From Candidatus Babeliales bacterium (GTDB lineage: Bacteria > Babelota > Babeliae > Babelales > JABCYS01): DNA of 64,000 nt. The stretch lies in assembly GCA_016929235.1 (NCBI GenBank), contig JAFGJD010000004.1, forward strand, positions 1 through 64,000. The letters are read 5' to 3'. Made by a program: the position numbers and the translations under genes. Of the stretch, positions 48,805-58,374 are shown piece after piece (the first letter of the stretch is position 1; every line of letters begins with the position of its first letter). The notes under the pieces were generated by a model. That model made no database searches, was not told the DNA's origin, and saw nothing but the letters and a program-made list of their open reading frames with translations.

Positions 48805-49260
48805 ATGAATATACGAATCACTATTGCGATAGTGGCCGCTGTAATCCTTATTTTCGCAGGGGGATACCTGTATAAGCGGTGGCGCTCACATCATATCACG
48901 GCATTCCATGACAATATCATGAAACGAGCCCAAGAAAATGATACCTATAGAACCGTTGTGGTTACTGGAGCACAAAGCCAACTCGTTCTTATGGCACTAA
49001 AACCGGGTGAGGAAATCGGAGAAGAAGTACACCAAAACACTGATCAAACCTTCGTATTTGTTGCAGGTAAAGGCACCGCATTGGCTGAAGACAAAACATA
49101 TAACATAGATAAAGAAGATGTCTTTTTTGTCCCAGCTGGCATAAAACACAACATAAAAAATACTGGTACATTGCCATTGAAGCTCTATACTATCTATGCA
49201 CCACCAACACATAAGGATGGAACGGTACACAAAACGAAAGCCGATGAACCTCAAGAATAA
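48805..49260 (+). CDS. Cupin-domain protein with N-terminal membrane anchor
   Basis: GEEIGEEVH...DQ...VPAGIKHNIKN...LKLYTIYAPP cupin motifs preceded by a TM helix. Confidence 0.88.
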   Translation: MNIRITIAIVAAVILIFAGGYLYKRWRSHHITAFHDNIMKRAQENDTYRTVVVTGAQSQLVLMALKPGEEIGEEVHQNTDQTFVFVAGKGTALAEDKTYNIDKEDVFFVPAGIKHNIKNTGTLPLKLYTIYAPPTHKDGTVHKTKADEPQE

Positions 49261-49269
49261 AGATCGCAC

Positions 49270-50481
49270 ATGTCTTCATGCGTTGACACAGAAATACTAT
49301 CACTGATTACACAAGAAGAAGAGCGTCAACAGAATACGCTTAACCTGATTGCGTCAGAAAATTATGCCAGCGCGTGCGTCCGCAAACCACTTTCATCAGT
49401 TCTGACCAACAAATATGCCGAAGGGTATCCTGGAAAACGCTATTATGCTGGCTGTGAGAATGCTGATGCCATTGAGCAATGTGCAATAGATAGAGCAAAA
49501 CTCCTCTTTGGTGCTGACCACGCCAATGTGCAACCCCACTCTGGCTCACAAGCAAATATGGCTGTCTATATGACTGCGCTCGCACCTGGTGACACAATCA
49601 TGGGCATGAGCCTCGCTGAAGGAGGGCATCTCACCCATGGACACTCCGTAAGCTTCTCAGGCATATTCTACCGATCACACCCCTATACCGTTGATAGGAC
49701 TACAGAGCGATTGGATTATGATGCCATTCAAGCTCAGGCCCTCAAAGTCAAACCAAAAATTATTGTCACAGGAGCGTCTGCATATTCTCGTACGATTGAT
49801 TTCAAGGCATTTTCCGACATTGCACAATCAGTCGACGCAGTACTTCTTGCCGATATTGCACATATCGCTGGATTTGTTGTAACTGGACTCCATCCATCAC
49901 CAGTCCCCCATGCTGATTTTGTAACGAGTACTACGCATAAAACGCTCCGTGGCCCACGAGGCGGATTGATCTTGTGCAATCATCAATATTCAGAAAAGAT
50001 TGATAAGGCTGTTATGCCAGGCATCCAAGGCGGCCCATTTATGCAGGTCATTGCGGCTAAAGCCATCGCCTTTAGGGAGGCACTGGACCCTTCGTTTATC
50101 GAATATCAGAAACAGGTAATCCTGAACGCAAAAACCCTATCCTCGACCCTCCAGGGGCTTGGATATCGTATTGTTTCGGGGGGAACCGACAATCATTTAT
50201 TTATTGTTGATCTCACAGATAAGGGAATCTCGGGTCGCGATGCTGAACGAATTCTTTCAAAGGCTGGGATCACCGTCAGTCGTAGCTGTATACCTTTTGA
50301 TCCAGCAAAGCCATGGATTACCAGCGGCATTCGGTTAGGAACTCCTGCCGTTACTACCCGTGGACTTAAACAAAATGCTATGAAACAGATCGGACTATGG
50401 ATTCATCAGGTATTAAATAAACCGCATGGCGACCATAGTAGAGTTAGGCAAAACCTTATGACCCTTTTCTCAAAAGCATAA
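49270..50481 (+). CDS. glyA: Serine hydroxymethyltransferase
   Basis: LIASEN, NKYAEGYPGKRYY, GGHLTHG, STTHKTLRGPRGG (PLP Lys), SGIRLGT. Confidence 0.97.
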   Translation: MSSCVDTEILSLITQEEERQQNTLNLIASENYASACVRKPLSSVLTNKYAEGYPGKRYYAGCENADAIEQCAIDRAKLLFGADHANVQPHSGSQANMAVYMTALAPGDTIMGMSLAEGGHLTHGHSVSFSGIFYRSHPYTVDRTTERLDYDAIQAQALKVKPKIIVTGASAYSRTIDFKAFSDIAQSVDAVLLADIAHIAGFVVTGLHPSPVPHADFVTSTTHKTLRGPRGGLILCNHQYSEKIDKAVMPGIQGGPFMQVIAAKAIAFREALDPSFIEYQKQVILNAKTLSSTLQGLGYRIVSGGTDNHLFIVDLTDKGISGRDAERILSKAGITVSRSCIPFDPAKPWITSGIRLGTPAVTTRGLKQNAMKQIGLWIHQVLNKPHGDHSRVRQNLMTLFSKA

Positions 50482-50513
50482 AAAAGAAGGAACCGCGTTG
50501 CCGCGATTCCTTC
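50480..50513 (-). terminator. Rho-independent terminator of the RRM gene
   Basis: Minus strand reads gaaggaatcgcg-gcaa-cgcggttccttc-tttttt (GNRA loop and U tract). Confidence 0.8.
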
Positions 50514-50535
50514 AAAAATCCGTTAGACAATTCGC

Positions 50536-50877
50536 TTAGAAGCGACGTCCACCGCGGTCTCCACCACGGTCTCCACCACGGTCGTTACGGAATCCGCCGC
50601 CACGAGGGCCACGAGGTCCGCCTGCAGTACGTTGTTGTGGAGGACGTGCTTCGTTAACACGAATGCGTTGTCCGCCAAGCTCACTGCCATTCAATTCAGC
50701 TAAAGCTTGTTCTGCTTGTTCTTTTTCAGGCATTTCAATAAAACCAAAACCGCGAGGTTCGCCAGTGAACTTGTCCTTGATGACCTTAGCGGTGGTTACG
50801 ATACCGAATGCTTCAAATGCTTCTTTGAGTTGTTCTTCGGTGACTGTACGAGAAAGGTTTCCGATATAAATATTCAT
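50536..50877 (-). CDS. RRM (RNP) RNA-binding protein with RGG/GGDR tail
   Basis: RNP2 IYIGNL, RNP1 RGFGFIEM, Gly/Arg-rich tail encoded by 12-bp repeats. Confidence 0.95.
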   Translation of the reverse strand: MNIYIGNLSRTVTEEQLKEAFEAFGIVTTAKVIKDKFTGEPRGFGFIEMPEKEQAEQALAELNGSELGGQRIRVNEARPPQQRTAGGPRGPRGGGFRNDRGGDRGGDRGGRRF

Positions 50878-51104
50878 GTAGATAAAATCCTAAAATAATA
50901 AAAAAATAATAAAAAAAAGCGGATATTTAAGAAAAACGTTTAGACGATAGGAACCCTTTCTAGACAGGAAAAAATAGATCTTAGATACTACCTATCCTAC
51001 TAGGATTCAGCCTCAGTGTCTATGGCTCCCCCCTCATTGACCTCCTGCTATCCCTAGGCTATACGTTACCCTATATGGAAAATTGATAGGGAGTTGATAC
51101 CATT

Positions 51105-52502
51105 ATGCTCAAAACACTAAAACAGCATAAGGTCTTTCTCGTGGGCCTATTTATCTCAGCCTTTTTCATTAGAATTTTGGTCCTTTTTCTGTACTTACGA
51201 TACAACGAAAACTACTGGCAAATCGATACCCCTTCGTACCATGACATCGCATGCTCATTGGCCAAAGGTAACGGATTTGTGCACTCCAATGGTTCGCTGA
51301 ATTTTCTGAGGCTCCCTGGTTATCCACTCTTTCTTGCGGGCTGCTATTGGCTTTTTGATATAAATCCCATTGCAGCCCTAGTGGTACAGATTATATTCGC
51401 ATCCCTGATTCCTGCACTCATGTTTCTGCTTACATTACGGCTTTTTCCAGGCAGAATGAGATGCGCCCGCCTTATTGGCATCTATGGCACGATACATCTA
51501 GGTCTTGTACTATATTCTGGGTTTCTTATGAGTGAGACCCTATTTTTGCTTTTTTTCTTGGCTTCTCTTTATTTCTTTTTACCATACGCCGAACCGTTTT
51601 TTTGCCGGCTGTATCCTATACCAAAATCGCTAATAGCCCTTTTTTTAGCAGGAATACTATTAGGTATCGCATCAATGATACGACCTGTTGGACAGTATTT
51701 GATTATTGTAGCCTGCTTACTTCTCTTATTCTCATGGAACCACTGGAAAGAAGTCCTCAAACGAATTGCGGTTTTTTGTTCTGGCTGGGTGGTAGTAGTT
51801 GCACCGTGGCTTATTAGAAATTGGCTACTCACAGGCTACATCTTTTTTCACACTCTCGGTGGAGGCCATTTTTTAACGCTATCGGCCGCACGCGTAGTCA
51901 TGCAAGAACGACAGTGTACATATGAGGAATCACTCGCGGCTCTTCGCAGAGAATTAGACAATAAAGTCATTACGCAACAAAACACTCTTAACCGACCTCT
52001 ACAGGAAATTGAAGTATGTTGTTGTGGAGAGCAATTATCTGTGGAATATTTTAAACGCTATCCTCTTACATCAATCAAATTATGGATACATGACCTCACA
52101 AAAACAGTCTTAGGTCTTTATTCATCAGAGCTTCTCTATCTTGCATCAGGCAAACAACATGAAGATTTTTTTACAAAAGATAGAACACTCTTATCATGTT
52201 TCATTCGTTACCTACATCCCAAAACTCATCCTTGGTCTCTTAAGATTATTATTTGGCTTGAAACACTGCTGTATTTACTCATTCTCGTTGGATTATTTTT
52301 ACAATTTCTAGGTATTATTATACACCTCATCAGTTCTTATCGATTTCCACCAATTGTCAGTCCATGGTTTAGAACAATGCCATTTATTGCTGCGCTCATT
52401 TTGCTTGCTTTTGTATGTGGTTACGCACGATTGAGGGTCCCAGTAGAACCGCTTTTGATCATACTTGCATGTGCATATTGGGATGCGAGATTAACACAAT
52501 GA
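51105..52502 (+). CDS. GT-C (ArnT/PMT-like) integral membrane glycosyltransferase
   Basis: TM1 then DTPSY loop, RLPGYPLFLA, LMSETLF, IRP, PWLIRN, RLRVPVEP. Confidence 0.8.
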   Translation: MLKTLKQHKVFLVGLFISAFFIRILVLFLYLRYNENYWQIDTPSYHDIACSLAKGNGFVHSNGSLNFLRLPGYPLFLAGCYWLFDINPIAALVVQIIFASLIPALMFLLTLRLFPGRMRCARLIGIYGTIHLGLVLYSGFLMSETLFLLFFLASLYFFLPYAEPFFCRLYPIPKSLIALFLAGILLGIASMIRPVGQYLIIVACLLLLFSWNHWKEVLKRIAVFCSGWVVVVAPWLIRNWLLTGYIFFHTLGGGHFLTLSAARVVMQERQCTYEESLAALRRELDNKVITQQNTLNRPLQEIEVCCCGEQLSVEYFKRYPLTSIKLWIHDLTKTVLGLYSSELLYLASGKQHEDFFTKDRTLLSCFIRYLHPKTHPWSLKIIIWLETLLYLLILVGLFLQFLGIIIHLISSYRFPPIVSPWFRTMPFIAALILLAFVCGYARLRVPVEPLLIILACAYWDARLTQ

Positions 52503-53779
52503 ACATTAATATGATGAGCTGTCGCTATGAGGCATTACAAGACATCTGCGCAGCATATCAAACGATTCAGATACCACTCGTCGGCTTCAATGGAACACAG
52601 TATTATCCTGTGGTCACTGCAGATGATATGGGTATGTACACACTAATCCCAAAAATAGCCTCTTTTTTTTCTTGGACCTTAGATAATACTCTTAAATATT
52701 TTTTCAATACCATAACACTATGTGCTCTTCTTATTGGTCTTGTTGGATTATTTCTCCTTTATCCTTCTGTGAAGCAACGTATCATCTCAACGATTACCTT
52801 GCTCCTCATCGCAAGCATGACTTCTGAACCGCTGGATATCTACAGAATTGCACCAGCAATTACGATCGGACTCTTACCATTCACTACATACTTATTTGCC
52901 AAACAAATACGATCAAAAACAACTCCCGCATTTCTTTTTTTTGCTGGCCTGATAATAGGATTTGGAAATACTCTGCGCACGCATGCTGGAACACCTATTT
53001 TCTTTTTTATAGCAATCATGATCATATTCGAGGCAATTTCATCTCGCAGAAAAATTATCTTTTGTACATTGCTGCTCAGTGGACTTGCTATGTCAAAATT
53101 GTATTTTTCTCATCAATACAAATTATACACCCAGTATATTGAACACCATTATCCCGATACTCCGTGTGATCAAGGAACACATATTTTCTGGCATGCCGTG
53201 TATTTAGGGTTTGGGTTCCTTGAAAATCAATATCACATTACCTTTGATGATAACCTCGCAAAAGAGCGAGTATCAAAGGCAACCCATGAAACAATATACC
53301 CATCTGAAAAGAGTGAACATTTTCTAAAGAATGAAGTAATAACTCTTATCAAAACGAACAAGAAATTTGTGCTTTACACGCTTTTTTCCAAGATAGGGAT
53401 TCTCCTTTTATTCCTGCTGGCATTCGCCAATATAGGGATGCTCTGCGCTTTGCTCCCTCCATACGACTGGAAAACACTCGCTGCATGGATAGTTGCTCTA
53501 GCATTTAGCGCCCTTCCAGGTATGCTTGTCATACCGCGAGAGAACTATATGTTCGGTTTTATTACATTAGCATGCCTCTTTGGCCTGAACTATGTGAATC
53601 GTAGAAATAATCTACTTTATTCGCTCTTATTCATCGGCATTGAAGCAGTAGCATGCCACATTCTCTCAATTGAACAGGGACTTCGGTTACTTCTTATTTA
53701 TTCACTGCCATTTTATTGTTGTCTCGGACTAACTATTTTATTCTTACACTTCATTACCAAACAAGTGAGGCTACAATGA
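52499..53779 (+). CDS. GT-C-like multi-TM protein (paralog 1)
   Basis: ATGA overlap. Acidic ADDMG motif, LRTHAG, HIFWHAVYLGFGFLENQY..FDD. Confidence 0.6.
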   Translation: MNINMMSCRYEALQDICAAYQTIQIPLVGFNGTQYYPVVTADDMGMYTLIPKIASFFSWTLDNTLKYFFNTITLCALLIGLVGLFLLYPSVKQRIISTITLLLIASMTSEPLDIYRIAPAITIGLLPFTTYLFAKQIRSKTTPAFLFFAGLIIGFGNTLRTHAGTPIFFFIAIMIIFEAISSRRKIIFCTLLLSGLAMSKLYFSHQYKLYTQYIEHHYPDTPCDQGTHIFWHAVYLGFGFLENQYHITFDDNLAKERVSKATHETIYPSEKSEHFLKNEVITLIKTNKKFVLYTLFSKIGILLLFLLAFANIGMLCALLPPYDWKTLAAWIVALAFSALPGMLVIPRENYMFGFITLACLFGLNYVNRRNNLLYSLLFIGIEAVACHILSIEQGLRLLLIYSLPFYCCLGLTILFLHFITKQVRLQ

Positions 53780-54924
53780 CACCACTGCCGATTATGGAAT
53801 CTCGCTATCTTGTTTTGCAAAAAACATTCGCAGCATTTCAAGCAACCGGTATTCCTCTTCTTTTTGAAACTAACTCTGGATATACTCCAGCAATTACTGC
53901 TGACGATATTGGCCTTTATTGCATCATCCCCTCAATGATGCAATGGTTTTCTATTTCCCTTGAGAACGCCATTACAACATTTTTTAACGGGACAATGATC
54001 TTTTCTCTTATCATGGCAGCAATAGGATTCTTTCTCTCTTATAAATCATGGGTCACACGAAGCATCGTCCTTATGGGGCTAGCACTAACTGCTCAATCCA
54101 TGCTTCCCACCATGGATGTATATCGGATCTCTGGAACGGTCATCTTCGGAACATTACCTCTCTTTTTGTACTTTATTCGCAAGAATCACACTTCACTATG
54201 GTTGTATCCATTTCTCGTCTATGCTGGACTGTATGCAGGCCTTGCCCAGTACATACGTATTCATTCTGGAACAAACATCATTCTTTTTATTGTTCTATGT
54301 CTTCTGCTTCATACAAAGTTCAATATTACAAAGAAGCTCTTGCTCATCTGTACATTTATGTTCGGCTTTGTATTGAGTAGCTCATATTTTATGTATCAAT
54401 GGCACAAGCATGTTATTTATATTGAGCAACATCTACCAGAACATCACGCTGATAAAGGAGCACATGTTTTTTGGCACCAGGTTTATTTAGGATTCGGCTT
54501 TCTGCAAAATGATTATAACATACAATATGATGACCATGTAGCAGATATGAAGGTACAGTCAATTTGCCCCAATACTCCATATCCATGCAAAAAAAGCGAA
54601 CGTTTATTACGCGAGGAAGTCTTTAAACTCATACTAGAACATCCCATCTTTGCCTTGTATACCTACAGCGCAAAAGTCGGCATTTTACTACTTCTTTTGT
54701 TCTTATTTGCAAACGTAGGCTTGTTAGCGGCATGGTTGTATCGCAAACCGTGGTACATAGACCTTGCCTTTATTGCCACCCTTTCATTTAGTGCTCTTCC
54801 CGGACTCCTGACTATACCAACCATTTTCTACTTGCTTGGATTCACAGCATGTGCCACACTGTATGGGCTCACCAGTATTGGAGATGCAGTTGAGCATAAT
54901 ATTCGGAAAAAAGCACTGAGCTAA
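53776..54924 (+). CDS. GT-C-like multi-TM protein (paralog 2)
   Basis: ATGA overlap. ADDIG, IRIHSG, HVFWHQVYLGFGFLQNDY..YDD. Clearly homologous to the preceding gene. Confidence 0.6.
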   Translation: MTPLPIMESRYLVLQKTFAAFQATGIPLLFETNSGYTPAITADDIGLYCIIPSMMQWFSISLENAITTFFNGTMIFSLIMAAIGFFLSYKSWVTRSIVLMGLALTAQSMLPTMDVYRISGTVIFGTLPLFLYFIRKNHTSLWLYPFLVYAGLYAGLAQYIRIHSGTNIILFIVLCLLLHTKFNITKKLLLICTFMFGFVLSSSYFMYQWHKHVIYIEQHLPEHHADKGAHVFWHQVYLGFGFLQNDYNIQYDDHVADMKVQSICPNTPYPCKKSERLLREEVFKLILEHPIFALYTYSAKVGILLLLLFLFANVGLLAAWLYRKPWYIDLAFIATLSFSALPGLLTIPTIFYLLGFTACATLYGLTSIGDAVEHNIRKKALS

Positions 54925-54929
54925 TTCTC

Positions 54930-55946
54930 ATGAACCATAAGGATGAAAAATCATTTTTTACTGGTACAGCAAGGCCTTTCACAGATAAAGATCTGATTCA
55001 GTCAGGCGCATACACACAACATAAGGCGCCTTTTAGCCAAACCATGAATCACCCCGCAGTTTCACTCGTTCTCCCCGTATACAACGAAGCAGAATCACTT
55101 GAACGATTCTTTAATACAGTATTTTCTATCATGAACTTACTTCCCTACACCTATGAATTCATCTTTATAGATGATGGTAGCTCAGATAGTTCATGGGATA
55201 TCCTGACCATGCTGGCACATAAAAATCCACAGGTAAAAGTGATACAATTATCAAGAAATTTTGGGCATCAAATAGCCCTCACTGCTGGATATGATTACGC
55301 ATCGGGCGATGCAATTATATCAATGGATACAGATCTTCAGCACCCGCCAGAACTTATTCCTCAACTCTTAGAAAAATGGCAATCTGGCTATAACATTGTC
55401 TACGCACGCAAACGTAATAACGAAGAGTCATTCCTGAAAAAATATACATCAATTCTATATTACAAATTATTACAAAGCATCAGCTCCATTATCATACCTG
55501 AAAAAGTAGCCGACTTTCGCTTGATCGACCGAGAGACACATGACCATATGCAAAAATATCGAGGGAAAACACGCTATCTTCGTGGACTTGTGAGCTGGAC
55601 AGGACTTTCATTTACGTTTGTTGACTTTACATGCCAGAAACGTACAGCAGGAACATCGGGTTATTCGCTAAAAAAAATGTTCTCTCTTGCATGGGATGGG
55701 ATCACGACCTTCTCAACGCTTCCCCTTAACCTCAGTTTGTATATGGGCTTTCTCATGCTTTTTATTTTTCCATGGCTTATTCTTTGGATAGAACCATCTT
55801 TCGGACTTGCAGCCCTGTATTGTACAACCAACATGACTTTCTTTTTCATCTGGATCTTAGGCGCCTACATCAGTAGAATCCATCAGGGGGAATTGGGGCT
55901 CTCGTTATACATTGTTCAATCTACAATCAATCTTCATTCATATTGA
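54930..55946 (+). CDS. GT2 polyprenol-phosphate glycosyltransferase (GtrB/DPM-synthase-like)
   Basis: PVYNE, DDGSSD, SRNFGHQ, MDTDLQHPP, DFRLIDR, two C-terminal TMs. The start may be ATG 55044. Confidence 0.92.
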   Translation: MNHKDEKSFFTGTARPFTDKDLIQSGAYTQHKAPFSQTMNHPAVSLVLPVYNEAESLERFFNTVFSIMNLLPYTYEFIFIDDGSSDSSWDILTMLAHKNPQVKVIQLSRNFGHQIALTAGYDYASGDAIISMDTDLQHPPELIPQLLEKWQSGYNIVYARKRNNEESFLKKYTSILYYKLLQSISSIIIPEKVADFRLIDRETHDHMQKYRGKTRYLRGLVSWTGLSFTFVDFTCQKRTAGTSGYSLKKMFSLAWDGITTFSTLPLNLSLYMGFLMLFIFPWLILWIEPSFGLAALYCTTNMTFFFIWILGAYISRIHQGELGLSLYIVQSTINLHSY

Positions 55947-56862
55947 TCGTTTCACTAACAATGTATAAAGGTCGTCCTTTTGCTTCTTCATAGATGCGGC
56001 CAACATATTCTCCAAGAAACCACAAAGCAACACATTGGAAACCTATGCATAATAAAATGATCACGGAGAGCCATATCGAACCGGTGTATGGTCCATGAAA
56101 CAACAAGGCCGATATCATCATATAACTTAGAGTTATACCTGATCCAAGAAGAATAAGTAAGCCTATATAGCCAACGATCTTCATAGGGAAGATGGAAAAA
56201 CCAGCAAGACCATCAAGCGCCAATGTAAACATCTTTTTGAGACTGTATCCAGACACTCCATGCTTGCGATTTGGCCGTACAAAGTCAACATATGCACACT
56301 TAAAACCAATCCATGCAACAAGACCACGTAAATAGCGTGCATGTTCACGACAGGACATTAAAACATCAAGAGCTCTTTTGCTTACCAATCGAAAGTCACC
56401 AACATTCCTTGGAATTCTGACATCAGACACCGCATCCAAGATTTTGTAGTAAACCGAGGCTGTCAACTTTTTGAAAAGCCCATCATTTCGATCTAATCGG
56501 CGGGCATATACAATATCCGATCCCTCTTCCCACTTTCTGATCATGTGCAAAATAACTTCAGGCGGATCCTGTAAGTCAGCATCCATGGAAATAATAGCTT
56601 CTCCCCTGGCACAATCATAACCAGCTGTTAACGCCATTTGATGCCCAAAATTTCTGCTAAAATTAATTCCCTTTACTCTATTATCGTTGGTCCCCAAGTT
56701 AATGATTACATCCCAGGTTGCATCGCCACTGCCATCATTGACTATGATCATCTCGAATTCATAAGGGCGTTGCTTCATAACGGCACAGAGCCGTTCATAT
56801 AAAAACGGAAGATTGCGTTCTTCGTTGAAAGCGGGGATAACAAAAGAAATCATTGACACCAT
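55927..56862 (-). CDS. GT2 polyprenol-phosphate glycosyltransferase (GtrB-like), paralog convergent with the previous gene
   Basis: PAFNEE, NDGSGD, SRNFGHQ, MDADLQDPP, GDFRL, GEYVGRIYEEAKGRPLYIV. Confidence 0.95.
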   Translation of the reverse strand: MVSMISFVIPAFNEERNLPFLYERLCAVMKQRPYEFEMIIVNDGSGDATWDVIINLGTNDNRVKGINFSRNFGHQMALTAGYDCARGEAIISMDADLQDPPEVILHMIRKWEEGSDIVYARRLDRNDGLFKKLTASVYYKILDAVSDVRIPRNVGDFRLVSKRALDVLMSCREHARYLRGLVAWIGFKCAYVDFVRPNRKHGVSGYSLKKMFTLALDGLAGFSIFPMKIVGYIGLLILLGSGITLSYMMISALLFHGPYTGSIWLSVIILLCIGFQCVALWFLGEYVGRIYEEAKGRPLYIVSETINMNED

Positions 56863-56978
56863 TCTCTGTTTCGCAGATCAAGAATTGTTATTATCAACGC
56901 GTTTAAGCAAGCTAGTGCAAAGCATAAGTAAAATCATCCGAGACGACAATCGGAAAATGGATTTTTGATTCCTCATAA

Positions 56979-58373
56979 TCATACTCTCTCCTTAAGAAGA
57001 TACATCTCCTTATAGATGGGCGATTGTTCATACATTTTGTTAAATTCATCCCTATATATTACATCCTTCCATCCAAAAGGAATAACCACTTTAGGCCTTT
57101 TTGCAATGATTACAGCCATAGCATCAAATGGGTAATCGCGCATAGTTTGATATACACGCATGCCATTAGAAAAAAACCACCAATAGAATGCATCATCTCT
57201 AAAAAGATTCCCACAAATAGTATCATCCAGTACACAGTCAGAATCATTTGTTAGAGAGTGAATATATTCAACTCGCGCAATATCAGAATCCGATGAACAG
57301 CGAAACGCCCTGTATATGGAATACATTGGATTAGCACACGTAAACAATACAACAAATGCCATAACAAAGGCTCTATAAGAAAAAATTTCATATAAACCTG
57401 CTGCAGCAAGAATAGAAACAAACGGCATTGCAATACCAAAATACTGAGGAAATGAACAAGGAGTATAGAGAAGAATCGCTGCCAATACACATGAAATGTA
57501 TGTTGCATACCAGATGACCTGATTTTTCTTTCCAAAAATCAAAAAAAAGAAGTAGTAAAACCAATGAAGGGTATTCTCTCGTAAAGCTTGCAAATACGTT
57601 TTCCATGGGGCGACATAAGACATTGCAGCATTAAGTAGCCAACACAGATCAATATACCTTAGCCAGCAACCTTTCCATATGAGGTAGAGCGCGTAGAGCA
57701 CAATAGGGGTAAACCCATACAAAAATGCCCAAACCACATCTTTCACACGAATCTTACGCTGTATTATCATCCATATAAACAGAATCCCCATCCAGCTAAT
57801 AAGAAAGACCGCCTTTTGTAAGAACAAAAATGAACACCCCAATAAGAAACTGCCTATACATAAATCGAGTAACTTATGAGATTTGCTGATATAGCTAAAA
57901 ATAAAATATAGCGCCCAAATACTACAGGCAATCTGTGGCGTATCAGGACGGATTTCTATAACGGTACTCATAAACATTTGTGACGTCTGCAAAAGAATCA
58001 CACTAAGCAATGCTCTTTTCCCATCATACAACAACAGACTGAGCTTATAAGTTCCCCAGCACGTAAGAAAAAAGATACCAATCATCAAGTAGCGCAAAGC
58101 AAATATAAGATTAGTAGAACACCCACACATCCAAAAAACCGGCTGTACTAGATAATATAAAAATGGGTGGTGGTGCTGAAAGAAATCAAGATAAACTTCA
58201 TGTCCTTTGAAAATATGATACGCCGAATGAATTGCCTCAAACTCATCAACAGTAAATTGTCTAAACGGCGCAAAGGCTAGTATACAAAGCGACCAGATAA
58301 CACAAACATATCTTAAAATCGTCCACCACGGCATTCTCTCCAGATATACCAAAACCTTATCGAGAGAATTCAT
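56979..58373 (-). CDS. GT-C (ArnT/PMT-like) integral membrane glycosyltransferase
   Basis: TM1 then DEFEAIH, YLDFFQHHHP, EIRPD, many TMs. Confidence 0.78.
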   Translation of the reverse strand: MNSLDKVLVYLERMPWWTILRYVCVIWSLCILAFAPFRQFTVDEFEAIHSAYHIFKGHEVYLDFFQHHHPFLYYLVQPVFWMCGCSTNLIFALRYLMIGIFFLTCWGTYKLSLLLYDGKRALLSVILLQTSQMFMSTVIEIRPDTPQIACSIWALYFIFSYISKSHKLLDLCIGSFLLGCSFLFLQKAVFLISWMGILFIWMIIQRKIRVKDVVWAFLYGFTPIVLYALYLIWKGCWLRYIDLCWLLNAAMSYVAPWKTYLQALRENTLHWFYYFFFLIFGKKNQVIWYATYISCVLAAILLYTPCSFPQYFGIAMPFVSILAAAGLYEIFSYRAFVMAFVVLFTCANPMYSIYRAFRCSSDSDIARVEYIHSLTNDSDCVLDDTICGNLFRDDAFYWWFFSNGMRVYQTMRDYPFDAMAVIIAKRPKVVIPFGWKDVIYRDEFNKMYEQSPIYKEMYLLKERV

Positions 58374-58374
58374 A

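Noticed and set aside
50549..50583. 12-bp tandem repeat
   Set aside because: Explained by the GGDR repeats in the RRM protein tail.
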